Positions 11,289 through 21,419 of a DNA stretch of 64,000 nucleotides are shown piece by piece (position 1 is the stretch's first letter; every line of letters starts with the position of its first letter). Origin of the DNA: Phytoplasma sp. (lineage in GTDB: Bacteria > Bacillota_I > Bacilli_A > Acholeplasmatales > Acholeplasmataceae); the NCBI RefSeq assembly GCF_035187685.1, contig NZ_CP131022.1, positions 290,217 to 354,216 of the forward strand. The letters run 5' to 3'. The position numbers were made by a program, and so were the translations under genes. Under the pieces are notes generated by a model that did not search any database, was not told the origin of the DNA, and saw nothing but the letters and a program-made list of their open reading frames with translations.

Positions 11289-11366
11289 TTAATACTTTAT
11301 TTGTTCATATATAATACTAAGATAAAAAAATTTAAAAACACTGTAACAAAATTTAATTTTTTTCAT
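11289..11366 (-). pseudogene. Possible truncated remnant of the island family-2 signal-peptide gene
   Basis: The minus strand reads MKKIKFCYSVFKFFYLSIIYEQIKY*, which resembles MKVDYILKIKFCKKVLLIIYCL at 45380. It lies about 225 nt downstream of repeat copy 11590-11685, the same spacing as between 45078-45150 and ATG 45380. Confidence 0.3.
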
Positions 11367-11589
11367 ATATTATATCATTTTTATTTAGAAAAATTATTTA
11401 TCTTAGATGTTGAAAATATTTGAAGTAGTGATAAATAATTTAATTTAGCTAAATAATTTAATTTAGCTAAAAGCTATTTTTTTATTTTTTTATTAAATTT
11501 TTAAAAAATAAAAAGTGTCTAAAGTTTTGGAAAGTTTTTTCAGAAGCCTTTTAATCAATTTTTATTATATACTCTTCTACTTAGAACAC

Positions 11590-11685
11590 ATAAGAAACTA
11601 TTTTAAATTACAAAAAAATGTAAACAGACGAGACTGTACTATTTCTTTTGATACTCTATCGAAAAAAATTACTTAATAAAAAAAT
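11590..11685 (-). repeat. Inverted copy of the element found upstream of the gene at 45350
   Basis: The reverse complement TTTTTTTATTAAGTAATTTTTTTCGATAGAGTATCAAAAGAAATAGT aligns with TTTTTTTATTAAATTACTTTTTTTCGATAGAATAGCAAAATAGT at 45079-45125. Confidence 0.55.
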
Positions 11686-11784
11686 TTAAACATTTATTAT
11701 TTTTATAAATAACAATTATATTTATTATTTAATTTGTTTTAACAAATTTTTTTATAAAAAAATTTTACAAAAGGAATTTCAAAG

Positions 11785-12630
11785 ATGGAAAAAGAAAGCA
11801 ATTGTAAAAAAACATTATCATACAAAAATCGAAATAATTATAAACGTTTAAAAAATTATATTTTAAAATTTGTTCTTATAATTTTTATTTCGCAAGTTAC
11901 ATATCATGTTGTTTTATATTTTATTGATTGGAGTTCCATTAAAAGATATATTGTCATAGGCGGTGACATACAAAAAAATAATTATTGGATCCAAATATTA
12001 AATTTAGGAATAAACAAAAAAATTAAAGGTCTTTTGAGTTTTCCTTATTGCAAATTTTCAAGTTTTTTTGTTTTAATTTACATAAGTTCTATTTTTTGGT
12101 GGTATACTATAACTCCAATTTTGGTATATAAATATTTATATTCAAATTATGATCAAGACCCAAAAGTACTAAATGTTTTATTTAAATCTTTTTTTATAGT
12201 TCTTTTTATTTCTTTGATTATTTTTTTAGTTTTTCCTATTCAATGTTCAGGAATAGATTTAAATATTCCATCAAGTGATGATAACAAACTTTTTAATTTA
12301 TTAATAGCTAAAAGTGATTATTTATTAGATCGAATTTATAAGATGGATCATATTAGAATAAATTGTTTACCTAGTTTACATGTTTCTAATAGTTGGTTTT
12401 GTTACATCCCTTTTCGTTATGAAACAAACAAACGTATTCCTAAAAAAATTATTTATATTCAATTTATTATCGCTATTTTGGTTTTTATTTCTACTTTTGT
12501 AATTAAACAACATTATATAATGGATGGCATAGTTGCTATTGCTTTAGTAGAATTAGTTTTTTGGTTGGTTTGGAAAAAGACTAAAAACAAAAATAATACA
12601 CTTTATATTGATAATTCTAATAAATTTTAA
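11785..12630 (+). CDS. PAP2-superfamily (Aur1/sphingomyelin-synthase-like) integral membrane protein
   Basis: 281 aa, multi-TM. The PSLHVS and KQHYIMDGIVA motifs resemble the PAP2 C2/C3 boxes (SGH ... HYxxD). Confidence 0.55.
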   Translation: MEKESNCKKTLSYKNRNNYKRLKNYILKFVLIIFISQVTYHVVLYFIDWSSIKRYIVIGGDIQKNNYWIQILNLGINKKIKGLLSFPYCKFSSFFVLIYISSIFWWYTITPILVYKYLYSNYDQDPKVLNVLFKSFFIVLFISLIIFLVFPIQCSGIDLNIPSSDDNKLFNLLIAKSDYLLDRIYKMDHIRINCLPSLHVSNSWFCYIPFRYETNKRIPKKIIYIQFIIAILVFISTFVIKQHYIMDGIVAIALVELVFWLVWKKTKNKNNTLYIDNSNKF

Positions 12631-12851
12631 CTAAGTAATAGTCAACGTTTAATAGAAGGCTTAATATAAGTGTTACATTTTAAATAATAAATCTATTTAA
12701 CATGCTTTTTAATTAATTGAATTTAATTAATGAAAAAAATAAAAAATTTATATTATTATAATAACTAAAATTAATATTATTTTCTTTATTTTGATTTTTC
12801 TAATTAAAAAAGAAATTAAAAATTTGTAAAAGTAAAAAATTTAATAAAAAG

Positions 12852-14348
12852 GTGATTTTGATGCAAAATAATTATAATAAATTAGAAAAAAAAATAGAAA
12901 AAATATATCATTTAAAAAATATTTTAAGTGTAATACAATGGGATATATCTTGTAATATTAAAAAAGATTCATTGGAAAGCCGTACACAAGAAGTTATTAC
13001 TGTCGAAAACATAATACATTCTGAATTAACATCTCAAGAAATACAAAATTTATTAGAACAAACTAAAAAAGAATTCTCTTTGTTAGATGATTGGCAAAAA
13101 GTTAATGTAAAAGAAATAGAAAAACAAATTACTGAAGCTAATTTAATTCCGATAGAATTAAAAGAAAAAATGACTATAGCGACCGCTCATGCTGAAATTA
13201 ATTGGCGTAAAGCAAAAAAAGAAAATGATTATAATCTATTCAAACCTTATTTACAAAAAGTGTTAGATTATACTAAAAAAATTGCTAAAATAAGAGCTAA
13301 AAAATTTAATTTAAGTTTATATGATTCTTTATTAGATAAATTTGATGCAGGAAGTACAACTAAAGAAAATCAAGAAATTTTTGAAGTTTTAAAAAAAGAA
13401 TTGCCATTTATTATCCAAAAAATTTTAAATAAACAAAAAGATATAATTTTTAATGAAATACCAATGAATTTAGACATGCAAAAAAAAATTAATCAATATA
13501 TGACAGAAGTTTTAGGTTTTGATTTTCAAAAGGGTCGTCTTGATGAATCTACACATCCTTTTTGTGGAGGCACTCCTTATGATATTAGAATGACAACAAA
13601 ATACAACCCTAGCAATTTTTTAGATGCTTTTTATGCGACAATACATGAAACAGGACATGCTTTATATGAACAAAATCTACCTGAAAATTATAAAAATCAA
13701 CCTGTAGGTCAAGCTAAAAGTTTTCAATTTCATGAAAGCGAATCTTTATTTATGGAAAAACAAATTGGAAAATCCAAATCTTTTATCTCTTTTTTAAATA
13801 AAATTTTAAACAACCAATTTAATCAAACAAATTCAATATTTGAAGCAGATAAATTATATAAACAAGTTAATCAAGTTAAACCTGATTTTATAAGAATTTT
13901 TTCTGATGAAATCACTTATATGTTTCATATTATTTTACGTTTTGAAATTGAAGAATTATTAATAAATGATAAACTTTCTTTAGATGATTTGCCTAATTGT
14001 TGGAATCAAAAATCTCAAGAATATTTAGGTATAATGCCTTGTAATTATAGCGAAGGTTGTCTTCAAGACATTCATTGGTCTCAAGGAGCTTTTGGCTATT
14101 TCCCTAGTTATGCTAAGGGTATGATAATTGCTGCTATGAAAATGAAAAAATTAAAAAAATTATATCCTGAATTAGAACATGATATTCAAAATGGTGAATT
14201 TAAATATTTAAATAATTATTTAAATAAAAATTTCAGACATTTAGGTTCGTCTAAAAAATCTAGAGAATTATTGTATATATCTACAAGCGAATACAAAATT
14301 AATCCTTATATATTTTTAGATTATTTAAAAGAAAAATTTTTATTATAA
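12852..14348 (+). CDS. Carboxypeptidase Taq-type metallopeptidase (M32)
   Basis: 498 aa with HPFCGG, the HExxH site HETGHALYEQ, IRIFSDEITYMFHIILRFEIE and DIHWS.G.FGYFPSY. Confidence 0.85.
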   Translation: MILMQNNYNKLEKKIEKIYHLKNILSVIQWDISCNIKKDSLESRTQEVITVENIIHSELTSQEIQNLLEQTKKEFSLLDDWQKVNVKEIEKQITEANLIPIELKEKMTIATAHAEINWRKAKKENDYNLFKPYLQKVLDYTKKIAKIRAKKFNLSLYDSLLDKFDAGSTTKENQEIFEVLKKELPFIIQKILNKQKDIIFNEIPMNLDMQKKINQYMTEVLGFDFQKGRLDESTHPFCGGTPYDIRMTTKYNPSNFLDAFYATIHETGHALYEQNLPENYKNQPVGQAKSFQFHESESLFMEKQIGKSKSFISFLNKILNNQFNQTNSIFEADKLYKQVNQVKPDFIRIFSDEITYMFHIILRFEIEELLINDKLSLDDLPNCWNQKSQEYLGIMPCNYSEGCLQDIHWSQGAFGYFPSYAKGMIIAAMKMKKLKKLYPELEHDIQNGEFKYLNNYLNKNFRHLGSSKKSRELLYISTSEYKINPYIFLDYLKEKFLL

Positions 14349-14410
14349 TATTTTATTTTGGAATACTCTAAGATTGAGTTCTAAAAAAATAATTTATTAT
14401 AAAATCTAAA

Positions 14411-14462
14411 AAATAAGTCAAATTTTTTATTAAGCAAATAAAACAGTTTGACTTATTTTTTT
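14411..14462 (+). terminator. Hairpin plus T-run downstream of the M32 carboxypeptidase gene
   Basis: AAATAAGTCAAA (14411-14422) pairs with TTTGACTTATTT (14447-14458), followed by more T residues. The 24-nt loop is large for an intrinsic terminator. Confidence 0.45.
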
Positions 14463-14498
14463 AAAAGTTAATTTTTAAAATAAAAATCTCTTTCTTCT

Positions 14499-14577
14499 AA
14501 TTGTTTTATATATAACTTAAATTAAAAAAGGATACTCCTTAAAAAATTTTTTAATTTAAGTTATATATAAAACAATT
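14499..14577. repeat. Perfect 31-bp inverted repeat (long palindrome) with a 17-nt spacer
   Basis: AATTGTTTTATATATAACTTAAATTAAAAAA (14499-14529) is the exact reverse complement of 14547-14577. Confidence 0.85.
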
Positions 14578-15735
14578 GGGATGTCTAGTTTTTTAGAAAA
14601 AATTAATTTTAAGGGTGAAAAGATATATATATCATAATAAGTAATTTAATCAATTACTTGTTTGATAATACTAATATAATACGTAAAAACAGAAGAAACT
14701 TCATCGGTCATATAAATTTAAAGAATATGTGATTAGAGTAAAATACGAATTAGAATTAATTCAAATGAACTATTCAAGATGTGTTATTTTAAGTCCAAAT
14801 GAATATCATGTAAAATATCTAATATTTTTCTAATGGGAATAAAAATAGTAAATTTTAAACACCGAGAAGGAAAATTTAATGAAATGAGGATGTGCATAAT
14901 ATTAAAAAGATATTAGTATAGTTTTTAACAATTATCATCACAACTATTAGATTAGTAAATCCAATATATATCTAATTAATAATATAATTCATCCATCTTA
15001 AAATTAAAGGTTATAAACCTAAAAATTCGAGGCAAAAAGTCGAATGGTTTAAAAGATAAAGATACTATTTAGTGGTAGAAGAAGCAAAACTAAGTCAGAA
15101 TACAAGACAAAGATTTATAAAACTTCACAAGTTCGAAGCATATAAGTAATTATAATTTGAATAAATTATGAATCGTATAGTGAGATATATACGTTAGTTC
15201 TTGAAAGGGATATAATTATGGCAAGTTCGTACACTTGGAAACACTTGTTCGTACAGTTTTAGATCGGGAACAATTTGTAATAAAGTATATTTGTAATAAA
15301 GTATGTAAATACAAATTCCATATTCAAACTTATTTGATTTATCGCTATTCAAAATAGTAATCTTGGAGAAGTTTTTTAAAATATAAATATCGTTAAAGAC
15401 ATAGATATTTTAAAAAAATAAATTTATTTATCAGTTGAGTATATTTTTATTACGAATTATAAACAATAATTATTTAAAAATAAGTTATAATTATTAAGTA
15501 AGTTGTAGATGTGTAAAAATTTACTAAATATTAAATAAATATTAAGTAATTATGTTTTTATAAAGTTATTTTTTATATCATAATTATTTTGGAATATTCG
15601 TATTATACATATAATATTTTATATTTGATAAATGAATTATTATTTTTTAAAATTTATTCATTTTAATTTATTTTTTACAAAAATATAAAATTTTTCATAT
15701 GTATATTGAATATATATTTGCATATATAACTAAGA

Positions 15736-16857
15736 TTGATAAAAATTTTTAAAAAAGGACGTTGTATCGTGGAATTATTTGATTTATATAATCCTTTAAA
15801 AAAACAAAAATTACAGATTTTGGATTTAGAAGGTAAAGTGATTAATTCAGAATTAGAACCGAAAATATCTGATGGCGAATTATTAAAGATGTATAAAATT
15901 ATGATTTTATGCCGTATTTCTGATTTAAAAGCTGTTCAATATCAACGTCAAGGTAGAATGCTTTCTTATGTTATTAACCAAGGGCATGAAGCTGGACAAG
16001 TTGGAATAGCTTCTGCTTTACAAGATAAAGATTGGATTTCCCCTTATTTCAGGGATATAGGATTGTATTTATATCGTGGTATTTCCTTAGAAAATATATA
16101 TCTTTATTGGTTTGGTAACGAAAAAGGTTCTCAAATGGATCCTAACAAACGTATTTTGCCTGTTAATATTATAATAGGTTCAAGCGTTAATATAGGAGCA
16201 GGTTTAGCTTTAGCTAGTAAAATTCAAAAAAAAGATGAAGTTACTTTAACTACAATAGGTGATGGCGGAACAGCTCATGAAGAATTTTATGCAGGTTTAA
16301 ATTTTGCTTCTGTATATCAAGCTCCTTTAGTTGTTGCGATTCAAAATAATCAATATGCTATTTCTACTCCTAGAAAAATTGCTTCTCATTCTGAAACTTT
16401 AGCTCAAAAAGCTTATGCTTTTGGCATTCAAGGTATTCAAGTTGACGGAAATGATGTTTTAGCAGTCCATGTAGCTATTAAACATTTTGTAGAAAGAGCA
16501 CGTCAAAAAAAAGGGCCTGCTTTAATAGAAATTATAACTTATCGTATGGGTGCTCATACCACTAATGATAATACAAAATTATATCGTTCTGTAGAGGAAG
16601 AAGAACAATGGAGATTGAAAGATCCGATTGTTCGTTTTCAAAAGTATTTATTAAATAAAAATATTTTAACCCAAGATATGATAGAAGAAATAGATAAAGA
16701 AACTGAACAACATGTTAAACAAACACATGATAAAATCATGTCTTATGGTGATAAAGTAGAACCTATTGAAATTTTTGAACATATTTATGATAAAATGACA
16801 CCTCAATTAATAGAACAATATTCGGAATACGAAACTTTTTTAAAAAATAAAAAATAA
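15736..16857 (+). CDS. pdhA: Pyruvate dehydrogenase E1 alpha subunit
   Basis: GHEAGQVG, the ThDP motif IGDGGTAHEEFYAGLNFA ... NNQYAIST, and YRMGAHTTNDN. The probable true start is the in-frame GTG at 15769, 9 nt after AAAGGA (15754-15759). Confidence 0.9.
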   Translation: MIKIFKKGRCIVELFDLYNPLKKQKLQILDLEGKVINSELEPKISDGELLKMYKIMILCRISDLKAVQYQRQGRMLSYVINQGHEAGQVGIASALQDKDWISPYFRDIGLYLYRGISLENIYLYWFGNEKGSQMDPNKRILPVNIIIGSSVNIGAGLALASKIQKKDEVTLTTIGDGGTAHEEFYAGLNFASVYQAPLVVAIQNNQYAISTPRKIASHSETLAQKAYAFGIQGIQVDGNDVLAVHVAIKHFVERARQKKGPALIEIITYRMGAHTTNDNTKLYRSVEEEEQWRLKDPIVRFQKYLLNKNILTQDMIEEIDKETEQHVKQTHDKIMSYGDKVEPIEIFEHIYDKMTPQLIEQYSEYETFLKNKK

Positions 16858-17036
16858 TCATAAATTGTATAAAGTTTTATTTTGTTAAATAAATGTTTTT
16901 TATCGAATAAATTTTATAAATAATTTTTATAATGTTTTCAGTTTATATAAATTCAATATAAATTATTAAAGTTTATATTAATTCCGATCAAGAATATATT
17001 CGTGCATAGGATAAATATTAAAAAGGAAATCAAAAA

Positions 17037-18029
17037 ATGAATTCACATAAAGTTTCAATGAATTTATTGCAAACTATTAATCATACTTTAGATATTCAGT
17101 TAGCTAAAAATCCCAAAATAGTTTTGTTCGGCCAAGATATTGGTAAATTAGGTGGTGTTTTTAGAGTTACAGCTGGTTTACAACAAAAATACGGAGAAGA
17201 ACGTATTTTTGATACTCCTATATCTGAATCTGCTATTGTTGGTAGTGCTATAGGAATGTCTATGAATGGTTTAATACCGATTGCAGAAATTCAATTTGAT
17301 GGTTTTGTATACGTCGGATTACAAGATTTAATTTCTCATGCAGCAAGAATGAGAAATCGTTCTAGAAATAGTTTTTCATGCCCTATGGTTTTGAAATTTC
17401 CAATTGGTGGCGGTGTAAAAGCTTTAGAGCATCATTCAGAATCTTTAGAAGTAATTTTAGGTTCGATTCCAGGTTTAAAAGTAGTTGTTCCTTCTAATCC
17501 TTACGATGCAAAAGGTCTTTTAATTGCAGCTATTAATAGTCCAGATCCAGTAGTTTATATGGAACCAAAAATTTTATATCGTGGCAAAAAAGAAGAAGTG
17601 CCATTAGAAGAATATGAAGTTGAAATTGGCAAATCTAAAATAGTTCAAGAAGGAAAAGATATCACTTTAGTAGCTTGGAGTTCTGCTGTTCAAATTTCTA
17701 AATTAGCAATAGATTTATTAAGTAAAGAAGGTATTTCCGGAGAATTAATAGACTTAAGAACTATCAATCCGATAGATGAAGAAACTATTTTAAATTCTGT
17801 TAAAAAAACAGGTAGATTATTAGTTGTACATGAAGCAACAAAAACTTATGGTCCAGCTGGAGAAATCATATCTTTAGTTAACGAACATGTTTTTCATTAT
17901 TTGAAAGATTCTCCGCAAAGAGTTACAGGTTTTGATATTATTATGCCTTTAGCTAGAGGAGAATATCATCAAAATTTAAATCCTGACAAAATTATTTATA
18001 AAATTAAAAAAATGTTTAATAAAAAATAA
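17037..18029 (+). CDS. pdhB: Pyruvate dehydrogenase E1 beta subunit
   Basis: 330 aa with FGQDIGKLGGVFRVT.GL, FDTPISESAIVG and EIQFDGFVY. Confidence 0.9.
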   Translation: MNSHKVSMNLLQTINHTLDIQLAKNPKIVLFGQDIGKLGGVFRVTAGLQQKYGEERIFDTPISESAIVGSAIGMSMNGLIPIAEIQFDGFVYVGLQDLISHAARMRNRSRNSFSCPMVLKFPIGGGVKALEHHSESLEVILGSIPGLKVVVPSNPYDAKGLLIAAINSPDPVVYMEPKILYRGKKEEVPLEEYEVEIGKSKIVQEGKDITLVAWSSAVQISKLAIDLLSKEGISGELIDLRTINPIDEETILNSVKKTGRLLVVHEATKTYGPAGEIISLVNEHVFHYLKDSPQRVTGFDIIMPLARGEYHQNLNPDKIIYKIKKMFNKK

Positions 18030-18038
18030 AAAATAAAG

Positions 18039-18281
18039 GTGATTATTATAATGGTTGAATTACGTTTTACAGATATTGGTGAAGGTGTAAATGAAGGAGA
18101 AATAACTAGAATTTTTTATACAGAAGGAAAAGAAGTAAACGAAGGAGTAGATTTGATAGAAGTTGAAACAGATAAAGCTACTGTTCCTATATCTTCGCCT
18201 ATTACAGGAAAAATTATAAAAATATTTGTTAAAGAAGGTGATAAAGTAGAAGTTGGAGATTTATTATTAACAATTGAATAA
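18039..18281 (+). CDS. pdhC: Free-standing lipoyl domain (N-terminal module of the E2 dihydrolipoamide acyltransferase)
   Basis: 76-80 aa. Lipoyl-lysine motif VETDKATVPISSPITGKI. The probable start is ATG 18051, 10 nt after AAAGGTGA. It ends in TAA at 18279. Confidence 0.8.
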   Translation: MIIIMVELRFTDIGEGVNEGEITRIFYTEGKEVNEGVDLIEVETDKATVPISSPITGKIIKIFVKEGDKVEVGDLLLTIE

Positions 18282-18320
18282 ATATTTTAATAATTTTAAA
18301 TAAAGGAAATTAATATTAAT

Positions 18321-19085
18321 ATGGAAAATAATAATAAAAAATATGATAATAATTTAAAACATGAGAACAACAATACAGCAAACGAAGTAGAAATTATTAA
18401 AATATCAAAAATAAGAGAAATAATTGCTAAAAGAATGGTTGTTGCTAAAACAGAAATTCCAGACGTTACTATAACAGAAGAAGTTGATATTACTAATTTA
18501 GTTATTTTAAGAAAAAGATTAAAAAACGAATTAGAACCACAAGGAATTAAAATAACTTACATGGCTTTTATAGCAAAAGCAGTTGTTTCTGCTTTAAAAG
18601 AATTTCCATTATTTAACTCTAGTTTTGATCCTGAAAAAAACGAAATAATTATAAAAAAATTTATTAATTTAGGCATTGCAATTGATACTTCTCGTGGTTT
18701 AATAGTGCCTAATATTAAAAATGCAGATAAATTAAATATTATTGAATTAGCCCAAGAAATACATAAATTAGCTAAAAGTGGTCAAGATGGTAAATTAACA
18801 TTGAGCCAACTTCAAAATGGAACTTTCACTTTGAGTAATTTTGGTACTATTGGCGGTTTACAGTGTACACCTATTATTAATTTGCCTGAGTTAGCTATTT
18901 TAGGAATTGGTAAAATTATTAAAAAACCAGTAGTTAAAGAAGATAATATTGTTATAGCCGACGTTTTACATTTATCTTTAAGTTTCGATCATCGTATTAT
19001 AGATGGCGCTGATGCTTCTAGGTTTATCAATAAACTTTCTACATTGTTACATGATATCATTGAATTAGAAAAGCATATTTTTTAA
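18321..19085 (+). CDS. pdhC: E2 dihydrolipoamide acyltransferase catalytic (2-oxoacid dehydrogenase acyltransferase) domain only
   Basis: 254 aa. Core domain begins IKISKIREIIAKRMVVAKTEIPDVT and carries the active site SLSFDHRIIDGADASRF. It has neither a lipoyl domain nor a peripheral-subunit-binding domain. Confidence 0.85.
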   Translation: MENNNKKYDNNLKHENNNTANEVEIIKISKIREIIAKRMVVAKTEIPDVTITEEVDITNLVILRKRLKNELEPQGIKITYMAFIAKAVVSALKEFPLFNSSFDPEKNEIIIKKFINLGIAIDTSRGLIVPNIKNADKLNIIELAQEIHKLAKSGQDGKLTLSQLQNGTFTLSNFGTIGGLQCTPIINLPELAILGIGKIIKKPVVKEDNIVIADVLHLSLSFDHRIIDGADASRFINKLSTLLHDIIELEKHIF

Positions 19086-19098
19086 AGAAAAATAATAT

Positions 19099-20478
19099 AT
19101 GAAAAAATATGATATTTTAATTATTGGTGGCGGGCCCGGCGGTTATGTTTCTGCTATTAGAGCGGCTCAATTAGGTGCTAAGGTAGCTTTAATAGAAAAG
19201 CATAAAGTTGGTGGTATTTGCTTAAATTATGGTTGTATCCCAACTAAAGCTTATTTAAAAAGCGCTAAAATGTTTGATTTAGCTCAGAATATAGAACAGT
19301 TCGGTCTTAAGAAAAATAGTGATATTGTTTTTGATTGGTTATCTATTTTAAATCGTAAAAATAAAATAGTTCAGAAGTTATTTAATGGTATTAATGTTTT
19401 ATTAAAAAAAAATAAAATTGATCTTTATAAGTCTTTTGCAGAAGTTTTAACTCCTAATATTGTTCAAGTAGGAGAAATTACATTAGAAACTGAAAAACTT
19501 ATTATAGCCACAGGTTCTAGTGCTTTTATTCCACCTATTCCTGGCGTTAAAGAATCTTATGAAAATAAATACCTTTATACTAGTAAAGAATTAGTTAATT
19601 TAGAAAAGTTTCCTAAAAAAATAATTATTATTGGTGGCGGAGTTATAGGAATAGAATTTGCATCTATTTTTAATAAATTTAATTCGGAAGTTGTTATTAT
19701 AGAAAGACAACAAAATATTTTAAGTAACATGGATTATGATATTGTTAATGTTTATGCCAAAAAATTAAAAAAAGATAATATTAAAATTTATACATGTTCT
19801 GAAGTAATAAAAATTGAAAATAATAAAGTTTATTATAAAAAAGATGAACAAATTTATCAAGATGAAGCAGATATAATTTTAATGGCTGTCGGTACTAAAC
19901 CTAATTTAGATGGAATTCAAAAATTGAATTTGAAAATAGAAAGAACAGGAATAGTTACTGATGAGTTTTTAAGAACTTCTGTTGAAGGTGTTTATGCTAT
20001 CGGAGATGTTAATGGCAAATATATGTTAGCGCATGTAGCTAGTCATGAAGGCATAATAGCTGTTTCTCACGCTTTAAATTATAAAGATCATCTTATTCCT
20101 ATGGATTATAATTGTGTCCCTTATTGTGTTTATGGTTTTCCTGAAATAGCATCTATAGGACTTACTGAAGAACAAGTTAAAACAAAACAAATCTGTTATA
20201 AAGTTTCTATTTTCCCTGCAAGTGCTATTGGAAAAGCTTTAGCTGATGGCGAAACTGATGGTTTTGCTAAAGTAATCGTTGAAAAAGATAGTTTAAAAAT
20301 TTTAGGTATGCATATATTAAGTTGTAATGCTACAGAATTGATTAGCGAAATAGGGGTTGCCATGGGTTTCCAAGGCACAGCTCATGATATAGTTAAAACA
20401 ATTCACCCTCATCCGAGTTTATCAGAAATGATCTTAGAAACTTTTTTAGGAGTAATCGATAAACCTATTCATATGTAA
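19099..20478 (+). CDS. lpd: Dihydrolipoamide dehydrogenase (E3)
   Basis: FAD motif IIGGGPGGY, redox disulfide GGICLNYGCIPTK, NAD motif IIGGGVIGIEFA, and C-terminal HPHPSLSE. Confidence 0.9.
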   Translation: MKKYDILIIGGGPGGYVSAIRAAQLGAKVALIEKHKVGGICLNYGCIPTKAYLKSAKMFDLAQNIEQFGLKKNSDIVFDWLSILNRKNKIVQKLFNGINVLLKKNKIDLYKSFAEVLTPNIVQVGEITLETEKLIIATGSSAFIPPIPGVKESYENKYLYTSKELVNLEKFPKKIIIIGGGVIGIEFASIFNKFNSEVVIIERQQNILSNMDYDIVNVYAKKLKKDNIKIYTCSEVIKIENNKVYYKKDEQIYQDEADIILMAVGTKPNLDGIQKLNLKIERTGIVTDEFLRTSVEGVYAIGDVNGKYMLAHVASHEGIIAVSHALNYKDHLIPMDYNCVPYCVYGFPEIASIGLTEEQVKTKQICYKVSIFPASAIGKALADGETDGFAKVIVEKDSLKILGMHILSCNATELISEIGVAMGFQGTAHDIVKTIHPHPSLSEMILETFLGVIDKPIHM

Positions 20479-20529
20479 TGTTTATTATAAAATAAATATG
20501 ATAAAAAAAATTTTAAAAATATATATAAT

Positions 20530-20570
20530 AATGAAATAAAACCCAAATAATTGGGTTTTATTTCATTATT
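20530..20570 (+). terminator. Intrinsic terminator of the pdh operon
   Basis: AATGAAATAAAACCCAA (20530-20546) pairs perfectly with TTGGGTTTTATTTCATT (20551-20567) across a 4-nt loop. Confidence 0.75.
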
Positions 20571-20619
20571 GAATAAAATATTAATAATAAAAATTAATTT
20601 GTTAAAAGAGAAATAAAAT

Positions 20620-21381
20620 ATGTTAATCGATACACATACTCATTTAAATTTTTCAAATTTTAATAAAGATTTGAATCAAGTTCTGCAAAGAGCATATGAC
20701 AACGATGTGAAATATTTTATCGTTCCAGGAGTTGATAAAGAAACAAATGAAAAAGCTATTGATTTAGCTGTTAAAAATTCTTGTATTAAAGTTGCCGTTG
20801 GAATTCATCCTTGTTATTGGTTGAATGAAGATCCTTTGAGTATTGAAAAATATTTTAATTGTCCACATGTGGTTGCTGTAGGAGAGATCGGTTTAGATTT
20901 GTATCATGAAAAAAAATTTTTACCCATTCAAAAACAAAATTTACAAATTCAAATAAAATTAGCTTTGAAATATAACTTACCTATTGTTTTACATGCTAGA
21001 GAATCTTTTGATGAAATATATCAAATTTTATTACCTTATAAAGGTGAAATAAAAGGAGTTTTTCATTGTTTAACCAACCATTTAGAAGAAGCAAAACAAG
21101 CTTTAGAACTAGGTTTTTATGTAGGCTTGGGCGGTATTGTTACTTATGAAAAAGCTGGGGAAGCTCATAAAATAGCTAAAAAAATTCCATTGGATAAAAT
21201 TTTATTAGAAACTGATTCACCTTTTTTAACTCCTTCGCCTTTAGACAAAAATAAAAGAAATGAACCTAGATTTGTTAAAATTATAGCTGAAAAAATAGCT
21301 AAGTTAAGAAACATTAGTTTCCAAGAAATTTCTGAAAAAACAACTAATAATGCCAAAAAATTATTTAATTTAAAAATATAA
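20620..21381 (+). CDS. tatD: TatD-family metal-dependent hydrolase/DNase
   Basis: LIDTHTHL, GEIGLD, VLHARES, FHC and ETDSPFLTP. Confidence 0.85.
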   Translation: MLIDTHTHLNFSNFNKDLNQVLQRAYDNDVKYFIVPGVDKETNEKAIDLAVKNSCIKVAVGIHPCYWLNEDPLSIEKYFNCPHVVAVGEIGLDLYHEKKFLPIQKQNLQIQIKLALKYNLPIVLHARESFDEIYQILLPYKGEIKGVFHCLTNHLEEAKQALELGFYVGLGGIVTYEKAGEAHKIAKKIPLDKILLETDSPFLTPSPLDKNKRNEPRFVKIIAEKIAKLRNISFQEISEKTTNNAKKLFNLKI

Positions 21382-21419
21382 ATATAATGTTAAAGTAATC
21401 ACGATAAAGGTTATTCACG

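Noticed and set aside
11433-11468. An 18-bp tandem duplication AAATAATTTAATTTAGCT x 2, and the 8-bp TATAAAAA x 4 run at about 8948-8980.
   Set aside because: These are short, low-complexity slippage products in AT-rich DNA with no evident positional significance. They are noted but not considered features.
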